64,000 nucleotides of DNA from Clostridiales bacterium (lineage in GTDB: Bacteria > Bacillota > Clostridia > Oscillospirales > Oscillospiraceae): positions 75 through 64,074 of the forward strand of contig JAJBUK010000066.1 of assembly GCA_020860385.1 (NCBI GenBank), written 5' to 3'. This document shows positions 1-10,387 of the stretch, piece by piece; position 1 is the first letter of the stretch, and the number at the start of each line of letters is the position of its first letter. The translations under genes and the position numbers were made by a program. The notes under the pieces were generated by a model. It saw only the letters and a program-made list of their open reading frames with translations. It was not told where the DNA came from and did not search any database.

Positions 1-225
1 GCGAATGAATGATGCTGCGCTCCGGGCCATACGCTATCCTCAGCGCAGCAGAGAGCAGGGGGGAGGCTGTCATGCTGTTGGACGAGAGAATGTGTCGGAA
101 TCACCGCCTGACCCTTGCAAAATGCTGACGGATTCGCTATACTTAGTCATGCCCGACGGAAGTGTTCGGGATATTCTTTCATGCAGTAGGTATTGAGCAA
201 CATAGAGTGGAAGGGTTGACGAATT

Positions 226-1734
226 ATGGAAGATTCCAACAATACGCAGAAGCGGGCGAACCCCCAGGGTTCCGCGCTCCCCGGAGGCATCATCACCGGC
301 CTCCTGTCCGCAGTCATGGTGGTTTTGGACGTTATGCTGGTGCGCAGCGCCTTGCTTCCGATGAAGTTCCTGGCGCCGGTGATGATTTTGCTGCTGGTCC
401 TGGTGGCGCTGCTGGGGGTTTTGACCCATCGGACGGGGCGGACAGGGCGGTTCGCAGCGGGGACGGTGGTCAGCATTCTCATGGCAATCATTATGATTTA
501 TGGGATTATCGCCCTGAGTATGCTCACCAACACCCTGAATAGCATCACCACAGTCAGCACAGAGGTGACCCATGTAGGCGTCTACGTTTTGACGGACGAT
601 GAAGCGGATACGCTGAACGACCTTGAGACGGATACCTTCGGCATTTTGTCCGAGCTGGACAGGACCAGCACGGACGGCGCGATTCAGCAGCTCAACGAAG
701 ATTTGGATACAGAAATTGCCACCGAGGAGTATGACAGTCTGGTGCAGCTGGTGGACGCCCTGTACAGTCAGGAATGCCGGGCTATTCTCCTGAACAGCGC
801 CTATCTGGACGTAATTGCGGAGATAGAAGGCTATGAGGATATTGAGGACCGGATCCGGGAGGTCACCGGACTGGAAGTGGAGGAAGTGGTGGAGGAACCC
901 GTCACGCAGGAGCCGGAGGAAACGGGGTCAGCGCTGACGGCGGAGACTGGCAGCGCCTTCACCCTGTACATCAGCGGCATCGACAGCCGGAACGGCCTGA
1001 AGGCGAAGAGCCGCAGCGATGTCAACATCCTGGCCACCGTCAACACCGAGACCCATCAGGTCCTCCTGGTGTCCACCCCTCGGGATTACTATGTGCCCCT
1101 GTCCATTTCCAACGGTGTAAAGGACAAGCTGACCCATGCGGGCATCTACGGCGTCTCCGTCAGCATGGATACCCTGGCCATGCTCTATGACGTTGACGTG
1201 GATTACTACTTCCGGGTGAGCTTTGAGGGCTTTGAGGATATCGTTGACGCGCTGGGCGGGGTGTCCGTATACTCGGAATACACCTTCACCTCCAGCCACA
1301 ATGGACAGACGTTCGTGGAGGGCTACAACTATGTAAACGGCGAACAGGCGCTGGCCTTTGCCCGGGAGCGGTACGCCTTTGCGACCGGCGACCGGCAGCG
1401 GGGCAAGAACCAGATGGCGCTGATTCAGGCCATCATCAAGAAGGCCCTTTCCCCGGATATCCTGGTGAAGTACGCCTCTATTTTGTCCGCTGTGGAGGAC
1501 AATTTTGAAACCAGCCTGTCCTATGACCTGATCGCCGCGCTGGTGAGTGACCAGCTCAGCACCGGCGCAGAGTGGGAAGTGATCACCTACAGCGTGGACG
1601 GCTCCAACGGCTCCGCAGTACCTTACTCCATGAGCACAACGGCGTATGTGATGATCCCGGATGAGGAAACGGTAGCCACCGCAAAAGAGCTGATGCAGGC
1701 CGTCCTCAACGGCGAGGTAATTTCCCAGCCCTGA
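226..1734 (+). CDS. LCP (LytR-CpsA-Psr) family cell-wall glycopolymer transferase, CpsA-like architecture
   Basis: Three N-terminal TM helices; LCP motifs SRSDVNILATVN, STPRDYYV, KLTHAG, FARERY and DRQRGKNQ. Confidence 0.92.
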   Translation: MEDSNNTQKRANPQGSALPGGIITGLLSAVMVVLDVMLVRSALLPMKFLAPVMILLLVLVALLGVLTHRTGRTGRFAAGTVVSILMAIIMIYGIIALSMLTNTLNSITTVSTEVTHVGVYVLTDDEADTLNDLETDTFGILSELDRTSTDGAIQQLNEDLDTEIATEEYDSLVQLVDALYSQECRAILLNSAYLDVIAEIEGYEDIEDRIREVTGLEVEEVVEEPVTQEPEETGSALTAETGSAFTLYISGIDSRNGLKAKSRSDVNILATVNTETHQVLLVSTPRDYYVPLSISNGVKDKLTHAGIYGVSVSMDTLAMLYDVDVDYYFRVSFEGFEDIVDALGGVSVYSEYTFTSSHNGQTFVEGYNYVNGEQALAFARERYAFATGDRQRGKNQMALIQAIIKKALSPDILVKYASILSAVEDNFETSLSYDLIAALVSDQLSTGAEWEVITYSVDGSNGSAVPYSMSTTAYVMIPDEETVATAKELMQAVLNGEVISQP

Positions 1735-1765
1735 GCGGAGATGCGTTTCCTGCCGCGAATTAGCC

Positions 1766-1794
1766 TTTACAATCCGACTTGAAAATGCTATGAT
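1766..1794 (+). promoter_or_regulatory. sigma-A promoter of trkAH
   Basis: TTTACA-N17-TATGAT with an extended TG. Confidence 0.55.
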
Positions 1795-1868
1795 GTACAG
1801 GAGCGGCTGCCCGGCTTGCAGCGCAAAACGGTTGCGGCGTCGGCCCTTTCATCATAGGAGAGAGATGC

Positions 1869-3227
1869 ATGAAGATATTAGTGGTAGGGTGCGGCAATGT
1901 GGGCTACACCATTGCGGAGACCCTGAACAGGGAAGGCCATAATATTACCGTCATTGACAGCGATGAAGAGAAGGTGCGCACCCTTGCCAACCGGCTGGAT
2001 GTGGCCGCCATCGGGGGCAACGGCGCCTCCTACAGCGTGCTGCAGGAGGGCGGCATTGAGGACTGCGACGTTCTGGTTGCCACCACAGGCCAGGATGAGA
2101 TCAATATGCTCTGCTGCCTGATTGCCCGCAGAGCGGGGAAGTGCCGGACGATCGCCCGGGTGCGCAACCCGGATTATTACAGTGAGATAGACTCCCTGCA
2201 GGAGAGCCTGGGGATTGATTTGGTCATCAATCCGGAATCCTCCGCAGCGGAAAGCTGTTACCAGCTGCTGTGGGCGCCGGGAGCCACCTATGTGGATTCC
2301 TTTGCCCAGGGCAAGGTGCTGGTGGTGACGGTGCGCCTGCCGGAGAACTCTACCTGGGTGCGGAAGAGCCTGAATGAAATCAACCGAAGCTGCCGGGCCC
2401 AGTTCCTGATTGCCGTTGTGGAGCGCAAGGGGGAGTCCTTCGTGCCCAATGGGTTCAGCGTCATTCAGGAGGGAGACCAGCTTTCGCTTCTTGTGGACAA
2501 GGCGAATCTGAACCTTGTCCTGCGCAGCATGGGCGTTGTCTTTAAGCCGGTCAGGAATGTGCTGATCGGAGGCTGCGGCACTATGGGGTACTATTTGGCG
2601 AAGCGGCTGCTGAAGGAGCGGTTCAACGTTAAAATCATCGAGCCGAATTTGAACCGCTGCAACGACCTGTCGGAGAAGCTGCCCGATGCGACGGTGGTAC
2701 ACGGCAGCTTTAACAATGAATTGATCCTCCAGGAGGAGGGCATCGGCGATATGGACGCTGTTGCCGCCCTGTCCGGCAATGACTCGGATAATATCGTCCT
2801 GTCCCTCTACGCCAATAAGGTGACCAACGCCAAGCTCATCACCCGCATCAATAAAATGACGATGGGCGGCGTCCTGTCGGAGATTCCCATTGGGGCCATC
2901 GTCTCCCCGAAGGCGCTGACGGCGGAATACATCCTGCGCTATGCCCGGGCTATCAGCAGCGATGACAGCGACAGCCGTATGGAAGCCATGCACTTCCTGG
3001 CGGATGGGAAAATCGAGGCGCTGTCCTTTACCGTCTATGCGGATTCTCCGCTGGTGGGGGTGCAGTTCAAGTCGCTGCGCCTGCGGAAAGGCGTCCTGTT
3101 CGGGGCAATCATCCGGGGGAAGTCTGTCATCATCCCCTCCGGCGCGGATGCGATTCGGACCGGAGATTTGGTCGTCGTCCTGACGGAGCATACGGGGACG
3201 CGGAAGATTCGGGACGTTCTGGCTTGA
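1869..3227 (+). CDS. trkA: Trk potassium uptake system, NAD-binding subunit
   Basis: Two RCK_N domains (VVGCGNVG, IGGCGTMG) each followed by RCK_C; 452 aa; adjacent to trkH. Confidence 0.95.
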   Translation: MKILVVGCGNVGYTIAETLNREGHNITVIDSDEEKVRTLANRLDVAAIGGNGASYSVLQEGGIEDCDVLVATTGQDEINMLCCLIARRAGKCRTIARVRNPDYYSEIDSLQESLGIDLVINPESSAAESCYQLLWAPGATYVDSFAQGKVLVVTVRLPENSTWVRKSLNEINRSCRAQFLIAVVERKGESFVPNGFSVIQEGDQLSLLVDKANLNLVLRSMGVVFKPVRNVLIGGCGTMGYYLAKRLLKERFNVKIIEPNLNRCNDLSEKLPDATVVHGSFNNELILQEEGIGDMDAVAALSGNDSDNIVLSLYANKVTNAKLITRINKMTMGGVLSEIPIGAIVSPKALTAEYILRYARAISSDDSDSRMEAMHFLADGKIEALSFTVYADSPLVGVQFKSLRLRKGVLFGAIIRGKSVIIPSGADAIRTGDLVVVLTEHTGTRKIRDVLA

Positions 3228-3243
3228 GGAGAGGCGCTTATCC

Positions 3244-4686
3244 ATGAATTATATCAGTATTCTGAACATCCTGGGCTGGATATTTGGGGTGGAAGGCGTC
3301 CTCATGCTGCTGCCGGCCCTGGTGGCGCTGTTCTACGGGGAGGCCCAGGGCTGGTACTTTGTGCTGTGTGCGGCGATTTGCGGAGCGCTGGGATTTGCGC
3401 TGACCAAAATCAGGAAGAAGAGTGACCGCTTCTATGCCCGCGAGGGCAATGTGACGGTGGCCCTGTCCTGGGTGTTCATGTCCCTGCTGGGGGCGCTGCC
3501 CTTTACTCTCAGCGGCGAGATTCCCAGCTATGTGGACGCCCTGTTTGAAATCGTCTCCGGTTTTACCACCACAGGCGCCAGCATATTAGAGGACGTGGAG
3601 GGCCTCAGCCGCTGTATGCTGTTTTGGCGCAGCCTGTCGCACTGGATTGGCGGCATGGGGGTGCTGGTGTTTGTAATGACGCTGATGCCCATGACCAACG
3701 GCGGCTCCAGCTTCGCCCTGATGCAGGCGGAGAGCACCGGGCCCACGGTGTCCAAGCTGGTGCCCCATCTGAAGCAAACGGCCCGGAACCTCTACCTGAT
3801 TTACCTGGGGCTGACGGTCCTGGAAATTTTGTTCCTGCTGGCCGGCGGCATGACCTTTTTTGAGGCGTCCTGCTACACCTTTGGCACGGTGGGCACCGGC
3901 GGCTTCGGCCTGCTCAGCTCCTCCATCGCCAGCTACAGCACCTATATTCAGGTGGTCATCACCGTGTTCATGGTGCTGTCCGGCATCAACTTTCAGTTTT
4001 TCTTCTTTTTGCTCCTGCGGCGCTTTAGCGATGCGGCCAAGCTGGAGGAGGTGCGCTGGTATCTGGCCATCTTCTTTGGTGCGACGGTCGCCGTCACCGT
4101 GGGGCTGACGGTGCAGCAGGGCGGCGGCTGGCTCTATAACTTCCAGCAATCCGCCTTCCAGGTGGCCAGTATTATGACCACCACCGGCTATGCTACCTGC
4201 GATTTCGATGTATGGCCGGTGTTCTGCAAGGTGATTCTGCTGGCGCTGATGTTCTGCGGAGCCTGCGCCGGGTCCACAGGGGGCGGCCTGAAGGTCTGCC
4301 GCATCATGATTTATTTCAGGGCGGGGATTCGTGAGGCAAAAGGCGTTATCTTCCCCCGGCAGGTGCGCAATGTGCGTATCAACGGCAGGGCGGTGGACAG
4401 CAAGGTGGTCAGGGCGACCATGATGTTCCTGGGCTGCTATCTGATGATTTATGCGGTCTCCATGGTCATCATCTCTGTGGACTGTGACGATTTGACCACC
4501 TGCTTCACGGCGGTGGCGGCCACCATCAATAATATCGGCCCCGGCTTCGGCGCGGTAGGGCCCACCGCCAATTTCAGCTTTTTCAATCCGCTGTCCAAGT
4601 TGGTGCTGATTTTTGATATGCTGGCCGGGCGGTTGGAGGTATTTCCCATGCTGATTCTGCTTTTCCCCTCCACTTGGCGGAAATAA
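3244..4686 (+). CDS. trkH: Trk potassium uptake membrane subunit
   Basis: Polytopic; pore motifs SGFTTTGAS, TVGTGGF, MTTTGYA, GACAGSTGGGLK and NNIGPG. Confidence 0.95.
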   Translation: MNYISILNILGWIFGVEGVLMLLPALVALFYGEAQGWYFVLCAAICGALGFALTKIRKKSDRFYAREGNVTVALSWVFMSLLGALPFTLSGEIPSYVDALFEIVSGFTTTGASILEDVEGLSRCMLFWRSLSHWIGGMGVLVFVMTLMPMTNGGSSFALMQAESTGPTVSKLVPHLKQTARNLYLIYLGLTVLEILFLLAGGMTFFEASCYTFGTVGTGGFGLLSSSIASYSTYIQVVITVFMVLSGINFQFFFFLLLRRFSDAAKLEEVRWYLAIFFGATVAVTVGLTVQQGGGWLYNFQQSAFQVASIMTTTGYATCDFDVWPVFCKVILLALMFCGACAGSTGGGLKVCRIMIYFRAGIREAKGVIFPRQVRNVRINGRAVDSKVVRATMMFLGCYLMIYAVSMVIISVDCDDLTTCFTAVAATINNIGPGFGAVGPTANFSFFNPLSKLVLIFDMLAGRLEVFPMLILLFPSTWRK

Positions 4687-4689
4687 CTG

Positions 4690-4718
4690 TTGCAAAAAAC
4701 AGAAGAAGTGGGTATAAT
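4690..4718 (+). promoter_or_regulatory. sigma-A promoter
   Basis: TTGCAA-N17-TATAAT upstream of an AAGGAGG RBS. Confidence 0.7.
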
Positions 4719-4745
4719 AGAGTATCATAAAGGAGGTATGTCAGA

Positions 4746-4949
4746 ATGCCTGAGATTACAAAAGAAACCATTATCGGTGATGTGTTGCAGTATTCCCCCG
4801 ACCTGATTCCGGTCTTCATGGAGGCGGGGATGCACTGCCTGTTCTGCGGTGCCGCACAGGGCGAGACCATTGAGGAAGCCTGCGTCGTGCATGGCATCGA
4901 TCCGGACGAAATGATGGAGCGCATCCATCAGGCGCTGAGCGCCCAATAA
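4746..4949 (+). CDS. DUF1858 domain small protein
   Basis: ITKETIIGDVL...GMHCLFC...ETIEEACVVHGID pattern; strong RBS. Confidence 0.85.
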   Translation: MPEITKETIIGDVLQYSPDLIPVFMEAGMHCLFCGAAQGETIEEACVVHGIDPDEMMERIHQALSAQ

Positions 4950-4992
4950 GCGTTTTCCCGGAGGCTGTGCTTCCGGGAATTCTTTTGCAGAG

Positions 4993-5709
4993 ATGATGGA
5001 ACAGCTACAATTAACGCCCCGGCTACAGGTGGTGGCGGACCTTGTGCCGGAGGGGGCCAACCTGGTGGATGTGGGCACGGACCACGCCCACCTTCCGGTG
5101 TGGCTGCTGCTGAACGGGCGCATCGCTGCTGCCATCGCCTCAGACATCCGCCCCGGCCCACTGGAGCGGGCCAGAGGGACGGTGGAGGCGTACCGCTTGC
5201 AGGAGCGGGTCTCTTTGCGGCTCTGCCCGGGGCTGGAGGGGGTGTCCCCCCATGAGGCGGATACCGTGACCATCTGCGGCATGGGCGGCGACATGATGAT
5301 CGGCATCCTGGAGGCCGCCCCCTGGACGAAGGAGGGGGTCACTCTGATTTTGCAGCCCCAGAGCGGCCAGCCCAGGCTGCGGCGCTGGCTCACCGCCCAC
5401 GGCTATGCAATTCAGCTGGAATGTCTGGCGAAGGAGGCCCACCGCTGGTATCCGGTGCTGCTGGTGCGGGGCGGCAGCTGCGCCGCCCTCTCCCCGTCGG
5501 AGGCGCTGGCGGGGCCGGAACGGGCCTGGCGGCAGGAGCCGCTGCGGCTGGAGTATCTTATCTTTTTGCGCCAGCAGTGCAGCCGCCAGCTGGACGCGGT
5601 GCTGCGCTCAGAGAAGGCGGCGGATGTGAACCGCCGGGCGGAGCTGGCAGAGTGCGTGGCGGCGTTGGATGGCTGGATTCAGGCGCGTAAGGAGGGCGCT
5701 GCTACATGA
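4993..5709 (+). CDS. trmK: tRNA (adenine22-N1)-methyltransferase
   Basis: DVGTDHAHLP, GMGG and LILQP motifs; followed by a Nif3 gene as is usual in Firmicutes. Confidence 0.9.
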   Translation: MMEQLQLTPRLQVVADLVPEGANLVDVGTDHAHLPVWLLLNGRIAAAIASDIRPGPLERARGTVEAYRLQERVSLRLCPGLEGVSPHEADTVTICGMGGDMMIGILEAAPWTKEGVTLILQPQSGQPRLRRWLTAHGYAIQLECLAKEAHRWYPVLLVRGGSCAALSPSEALAGPERAWRQEPLRLEYLIFLRQQCSRQLDAVLRSEKAADVNRRAELAECVAALDGWIQARKEGAAT

Positions 5710-6506
5710 CAACGGTACGGGATGTGTTCCTTTTTCTGGATAAAATGGCCCCGTTTTCCCTACAGGAGAGTTGGGATAATTCGGGTCTCCTTGTGGGGCA
5801 TGAGGCGCAGGAGGTCACTTCCATCTTTGTTTCCCTGGACATTACGGAGGAGACCATTCAAGAGGCAGCGGCCTGCGGCGCGGAACTGATGGTCTCCCAT
5901 CACCCGGTCATCTTTCACCCGGCAAAAACGCTGACCGACCGGCAGCTGGACGGGGACGGGAAAATTCTCCTATCCCTGGTGGAGCATCACATGGCGGCTA
6001 TCTGCTGCCACACCAACCTGGACAGCGTGGAGGGTGGCGTGAGCGACGCCCTGGCGAAGGCGCTGGGGCTGGTGCGGGTGGAGCAGTTGGCACCCATGGG
6101 TGTGGACTGCTATGACAGGCCCTATGGCATTGGCCGCATTGGTGAGCTGCCGGAGCCCTTGCCCTTTGACCGCTTTCTGGCAATGGTCAGGGATGCACTG
6201 CTCCCCAACGGCCTCCGCTATGTGGCGGGAAGCCGGGTGGTGCGGCGTGTGGCGGTAGGCGGCGGCGCCTGCGGCAGCATGATGGAGGACGCGGTGCGTG
6301 CCGGGTGCGACACCTTCGTCACCAGCGACCTGAAGTATAACGACTTCCTCTCCGCTGCCGCCCTGGGGCTGAATCTGGTCGACGCGGGCCATTTTCCGAC
6401 GGAGAATCCGGTGACGGAAGTGCTGGCCCACTGGCTGGCGGAGGCGTTTCCCGCGGTGAAAATCACAAAATCCGCTGTCAAACGGGAAGTGATTTCCTAC
6501 GCATAA
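5706..6506 (+). CDS. Nif3-like dinuclear metal centre hexameric protein
   Basis: WDNSGL, SHHP, HTNLD and DAGHFPTE motifs. Confidence 0.93.
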   Translation: MTTVRDVFLFLDKMAPFSLQESWDNSGLLVGHEAQEVTSIFVSLDITEETIQEAAACGAELMVSHHPVIFHPAKTLTDRQLDGDGKILLSLVEHHMAAICCHTNLDSVEGGVSDALAKALGLVRVEQLAPMGVDCYDRPYGIGRIGELPEPLPFDRFLAMVRDALLPNGLRYVAGSRVVRRVAVGGGACGSMMEDAVRAGCDTFVTSDLKYNDFLSAAALGLNLVDAGHFPTENPVTEVLAHWLAEAFPAVKITKSAVKREVISYA

Positions 6507-6510
6507 ACAC

Positions 6511-6539
6511 TTGCGCAGGCAAGGACGCTATGCTATAAT
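6511..6539 (+). promoter_or_regulatory. sigma-A promoter of yebC
   Basis: TTGCGC-N17-TATAAT with an extended TG. Confidence 0.65.
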
Positions 6540-6605
6540 AAATCTATTGTAATGCGTTCAGGCTGGGCCTGAAGGCGGATGAATCTTTTGAAGGGATGAT
6601 AAACT

Positions 6606-7346
6606 ATGTCTGGACATTCCAAGTGGCATAACATTCAGAAAACGAAGGGCGCTGCCGACGCGAAGCGCAGCGCGGCCTTTACGAAAATCGCGCGGGAAAT
6701 CGTCATCGCCGTGAAGCAGGGCGGCGGCGGCGACCCTGCCTACAACTCCCAGCTGGCCACCGTGGTGGCCAAGGCCAAGGCCATCAATATGCCGAAGGAC
6801 AACATCAAGCGCACCATTGACAAGGCACTCTCCGCCGGCTCCGGGGATAACTTTGAGAACCTGACCTTTGAGGGCTACGGCCCCTCCGGCGTGGCCGTCA
6901 TCGTGGAGGCCGTCACCGATAACCGCAACCGCACCACCCCTGCCGTACGTCACATCTTTGACAAGTATAACGGCAACCTGGGCGCTACGGGCTGTGTGTC
7001 CTGGTCCTTTGACAAGAAGGGCATGATCGTCATCAATAATGAGGACGAGGAGCTGGATGAGGACGAGGTCATGATGGACGTGCTGGACGCTGGCGGCGAT
7101 GATTTGAAGAATGAGGGCGATGTCTTTATCGTCTACACCGACCCCGATGCACTGTCCGCAGTGGTGGACGCGCTGGAGAGCAAGGGTTATACCTTTGAAT
7201 CCGCTGATATCGCTATGGTGCCCCAGAACACTGTCAAGCTGGAGCGGGAGGGCGACATCAAGAACATGACCCGCATGATCGAGCTGCTGGAGGAGGACGA
7301 CGACGTCCAGAACGTCTGGCATAACTGGGATCAGGAGGACGAATAA
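6606..7346 (+). CDS. yebC: YebC/PmpR family protein
   Basis: MSGHSKWHNI, EGYGPSGVA, TDNRNRT and DDVQNVWHN motifs. Confidence 0.96.
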   Translation: MSGHSKWHNIQKTKGAADAKRSAAFTKIAREIVIAVKQGGGGDPAYNSQLATVVAKAKAINMPKDNIKRTIDKALSAGSGDNFENLTFEGYGPSGVAVIVEAVTDNRNRTTPAVRHIFDKYNGNLGATGCVSWSFDKKGMIVINNEDEELDEDEVMMDVLDAGGDDLKNEGDVFIVYTDPDALSAVVDALESKGYTFESADIAMVPQNTVKLEREGDIKNMTRMIELLEEDDDVQNVWHNWDQEDE

Positions 7347-7381
7347 TCTCCCTGAGCCTGCTCGGAAACCGGTTCCATAAG

Positions 7382-7417
7382 AAAAAGCGAGCTGCATGAG
7401 GATGCAGCTCGCTTTTT
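7382..7417. terminator. Bidirectional intrinsic terminator between yebC and rnpB
   Basis: AAAAAGCGAGCTGCAT-gagg-ATGCAGCTCGCTTTTT. Confidence 0.88.
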
Positions 7418-7422
7418 AACAC

Positions 7423-7775
7423 AAGTAGGCCTGTAAGCCGGGTTCTGTTTTGACAGCCATCTATCTCGACCTGCTGTTGCCAACAGGCTCAAGCCACCTC
7501 CTGGGAACGGCCGGGCCGACCATATGTTCCACCCACGGTGTTGCTCCGAATAGAGTTTACAGAGCCGAGCTGTTCCCAGTCGGCTGGTGCGCTCTTACCG
7601 CACCTTTCCACCCTTACCAGCGCGCCGGAGACCGGCACCTGGCGGTATCTCTCTGTTGCACTTGTCCTGAAGTCGCCTTCGGCGGGCGTTACCCGTTATT
7701 CTTGCCCTGTGGAGCCCGGACTTTCCTCACGGGCGGGCCTTTCGCCCCGCCTGCGCGGCTGTCCAGCCTGCTTGC
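7423..7775 (-). ncRNA. rnpB: RNase P RNA, bacterial type A
   Basis: The minus strand has GAGGAAAGTCCGGGCTCC, GTGCAACAGAGAG, GGTAAGAGCGCAC and the 3' AACAGAACCCGGCTTACAG hallmarks. Confidence 0.96.
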
Positions 7776-7782
7776 AGGGTAT

Positions 7783-7811
7783 ATTTTAGCGAATTTTCTT
7801 CGGATTGTCAA
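7783..7811 (-). promoter_or_regulatory. rnpB promoter
   Basis: Minus-strand TTGACA-N17-TAAAAT just upstream of the RNA 5' end. Confidence 0.8.
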
Positions 7812-7819
7812 CTGAGACG

Positions 7820-7848
7820 TTGAATTTCCAGGAAAGAACGGGTATAAT
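7820..7848 (+). promoter_or_regulatory. murD operon promoter, back-to-back with the rnpB promoter
   Basis: TTGAAT-N17-TATAAT. Confidence 0.7.
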
Positions 7849-7949
7849 ATCCATGATTGCAGCCTTCCAACGGGGCGGGCCGACTGCCGTTGGCGGTGCG
7901 TATCCCGGAGGGCTACAGCGGTGTTGCAGCGGCAGAATGGAGATGCTTT

Positions 7950-9335
7950 ATGACCTTCACAGACTATCTTGATTCGTTACAGGGGAAAACGGTGGCCATC
8001 ATCGGCATTGGCGTCAGCAATACGCCGCTGATTCAACTGCTGCTGCGGCGGGGTATCGCCGTGACAGCCTGCGATAAGGCCAGCCGGGCGCAGTTTGGCA
8101 ACGATGGGCTGCTGCAGGAGCTGGAGGCCCAGGGCGCGGTGCTGAAGCTGGGGGAAGGCTACCTGGACGGGCTGAATCAGGATGTGATTTTCCGCTCCCC
8201 CGGCATTCGGCCGGACATTCCCGCGTTCCAGCAGGCCAGGGAGCGGGGGAGCGTTATCACCTCGGAGATGGAAGTATTCTTCCACGTCTGCCCCTGCAAG
8301 CGCATTGCGGTGACCGGTTCCGATGGCAAGACCACCACCACTACCATCATCGCCCGCCTGCTGGAGCGGGCGGGCTATACCGTCCATCTGGGGGGCAACA
8401 TCGGCAAGCCCCTTCTGCCGGAAACCGGGGAGATGAAGCCGGAGGACATCGCCGTACTGGAGCTCAGCTCCTTCCAGCTGATGACTATGGACGCCAGCCC
8501 GGAAATCGCGGTGATGACCAACCTGGCCCCCAACCATCTGGACGTGCATAAGGGCATGGAGGAGTATGTGGCCGCGAAGAAGAACATCTTCCTCCATCAG
8601 TCCCCGGAGGATAAGCTGGTCTTGAATCGGGACAACGCTATCACCAACGCCTTCGCCCAGGAGGCTCCCGGCCAGGTGACTCTCTTTTCCCGGCAGAACC
8701 CGCTAAGCAGCGGCGTGGCCATTGAGGACGGCGTGATTTGCGTGAAGAAGGACGGCGTCAAACGGGAAGTGCTGCCGGTGGAGGACATTCTGCTGCCCGG
8801 CGTCCATAACGTTGAGAACTATGAGGCGGCCATTGCCGCCGTGGACGGCCTGGTGCCCGATGAAGTGATTCGCGCCTTCGCAAAGGAGTTCGGCGGAGTG
8901 GAGCATCGCATCGAGCTGGTGCGGGAGAAGGACGGCGTCCGGTACTATAACGACTCCATCGCCTCCAGCCCCAGCCGCACCATGGCCGGGCTGCGCTCCT
9001 TCCGGCAGAAGGTGATTCTGATTGCCGGAGGCTATGACAAGCATCTGGACTATGAGGTGCTGGGGCCGGATCTGGTGGCCCATACGAAGCGCCTGGTGCT
9101 GACCGGCGCCACAGCCGGGGTCATCGAGGCCGCCGCCCGCCATGCGGAAGGGTACAGTGAGGAAAGCCTTCCCATCACCACCATTGACGATTTCGGGGAG
9201 GCGGTGCGCTTTGCGGCATCGGTGGCGGAGCCGGGGGATGTGGTCATTCTGTCCCCAGCCAGTGCCTCCTTCGATAAGTTTAAGAACTTTATGGTGCGGG
9301 GCGATACGTTTAAGGAGCTTGTCCGCAGTCTGTAA
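7950..9335 (+). CDS. murD: UDP-N-acetylmuramoyl-L-alanine--D-glutamate ligase
   Basis: VTGSDGKTTT, ELSSFQL, NHLDVH, EHRIE and SPASASFD motifs; start moved to the ATG at 7950. Confidence 0.95.
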   Translation: MTFTDYLDSLQGKTVAIIGIGVSNTPLIQLLLRRGIAVTACDKASRAQFGNDGLLQELEAQGAVLKLGEGYLDGLNQDVIFRSPGIRPDIPAFQQARERGSVITSEMEVFFHVCPCKRIAVTGSDGKTTTTTIIARLLERAGYTVHLGGNIGKPLLPETGEMKPEDIAVLELSSFQLMTMDASPEIAVMTNLAPNHLDVHKGMEEYVAAKKNIFLHQSPEDKLVLNRDNAITNAFAQEAPGQVTLFSRQNPLSSGVAIEDGVICVKKDGVKREVLPVEDILLPGVHNVENYEAAIAAVDGLVPDEVIRAFAKEFGGVEHRIELVREKDGVRYYNDSIASSPSRTMAGLRSFRQKVILIAGGYDKHLDYEVLGPDLVAHTKRLVLTGATAGVIEAAARHAEGYSEESLPITTIDDFGEAVRFAASVAEPGDVVILSPASASFDKFKNFMVRGDTFKELVRSL

Positions 9336-9349
9336 GGAGGTTCGCAGGT

Positions 9350-10387
9350 TTGAATACGTTTGAGATACTGGACACCCTGACCCAGGCTGGCGGCCCCTCC
9401 GGCTATGAGCTGTCGGGGGCGTCCCAAACCGCGGCGGCGCTGCTGGAACCGCTGGTGGATACGGTGCGTATCGACCCCATGGGCAACGTCATCGGTGTCC
9501 GCCGCTGCGGGAAGAAGCACGCGAAGCGGCTGCTCTTGGACGCCCACATCGACGAGGTTGGAATGCTCGTCACCGGCTATGAGGAGGGCGGCTTCCTGCG
9601 GTTCACCCAGCTGGGGGGCATCGACCCCCGGCTGCTGCCTGACCGGGAGGTGACGATTCTGGCGGAGCAGCCCCTGTTCGGGGTGGTCACGGCCCAGTCC
9701 GCCCACCTGTACGAGGGGGCGGACAGCGCATCGCCCATGACGAAGCTGGCCATTGACACCGGCTATGCTGCGGAGAAGCTGAAAGAGCTGGTGCCCGTCG
9801 GCACGCCGGTAGTCTACCGGGAATCCTGCTTTGCCCTTGGGAAAAAGCAAATCGCCTCCAAATCCATGGACGACCGCAGCTGCTTTGCCGTCATTCTGAA
9901 AGCGTTGCAGCTGTTGGCGGGGGAGACGCTGGACGTGGATCTGTACGTCGTCGGATCCTGCTGCGAGGAGGTCGGCGGTCAGGGGGCCGTAGTCACGGCC
10001 TACGACATTGCCCCGGACTGGGCGGTGGCGTTGGATGTCACCTTCGCCACAACGCCGGACGCGCCGGACAAGGGCTTTGCCCTGGGTTCCGGCCCGGCCA
10101 TCGGCATTGGCCCCAACGTGGCCTGGTGGATGGCAGAGCGTTTTATCTGTAAGGCAAAAGAACTTAACATACCATATAACGAGGAAGTCATGGCGGGAAA
10201 CACCGGCACCAACGGCTGGGAACTGCAAATCTCCCGGGAAGGGGTGCCCACCGCCATTCTCAGCCTGCCGGAAAAATATATGCACACCCCCATTGAGGTC
10301 ATTCACCGGAAGGATTTCAAGCAGTGCGCCAGGCTTTTGGCCGCTTTTGTGCGGGATTTGGGCAAGGAGGCGGAGCAATGCTGCTGA
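9350..10387 (+). CDS. M42 family metallopeptidase, paralog 1 (intact site)
   Basis: AHIDE, MDDR, CEEVG, LDVT and YMHTP ligand motifs; TTG start with AAGGAGG. Confidence 0.9.
   Translation: MNTFEILDTLTQAGGPSGYELSGASQTAAALLEPLVDTVRIDPMGNVIGVRRCGKKHAKRLLLDAHIDEVGMLVTGYEEGGFLRFTQLGGIDPRLLPDREVTILAEQPLFGVVTAQSAHLYEGADSASPMTKLAIDTGYAAEKLKELVPVGTPVVYRESCFALGKKQIASKSMDDRSCFAVILKALQLLAGETLDVDLYVVGSCCEEVGGQGAVVTAYDIAPDWAVALDVTFATTPDAPDKGFALGSGPAIGIGPNVAWWMAERFICKAKELNIPYNEEVMAGNTGTNGWELQISREGVPTAILSLPEKYMHTPIEVIHRKDFKQCARLLAAFVRDLGKEAEQCC

Noticed and set aside
7450-7815. 121-aa ORF on the plus strand
   Set aside because: It is antisense to the RNase P RNA gene and has no protein features.
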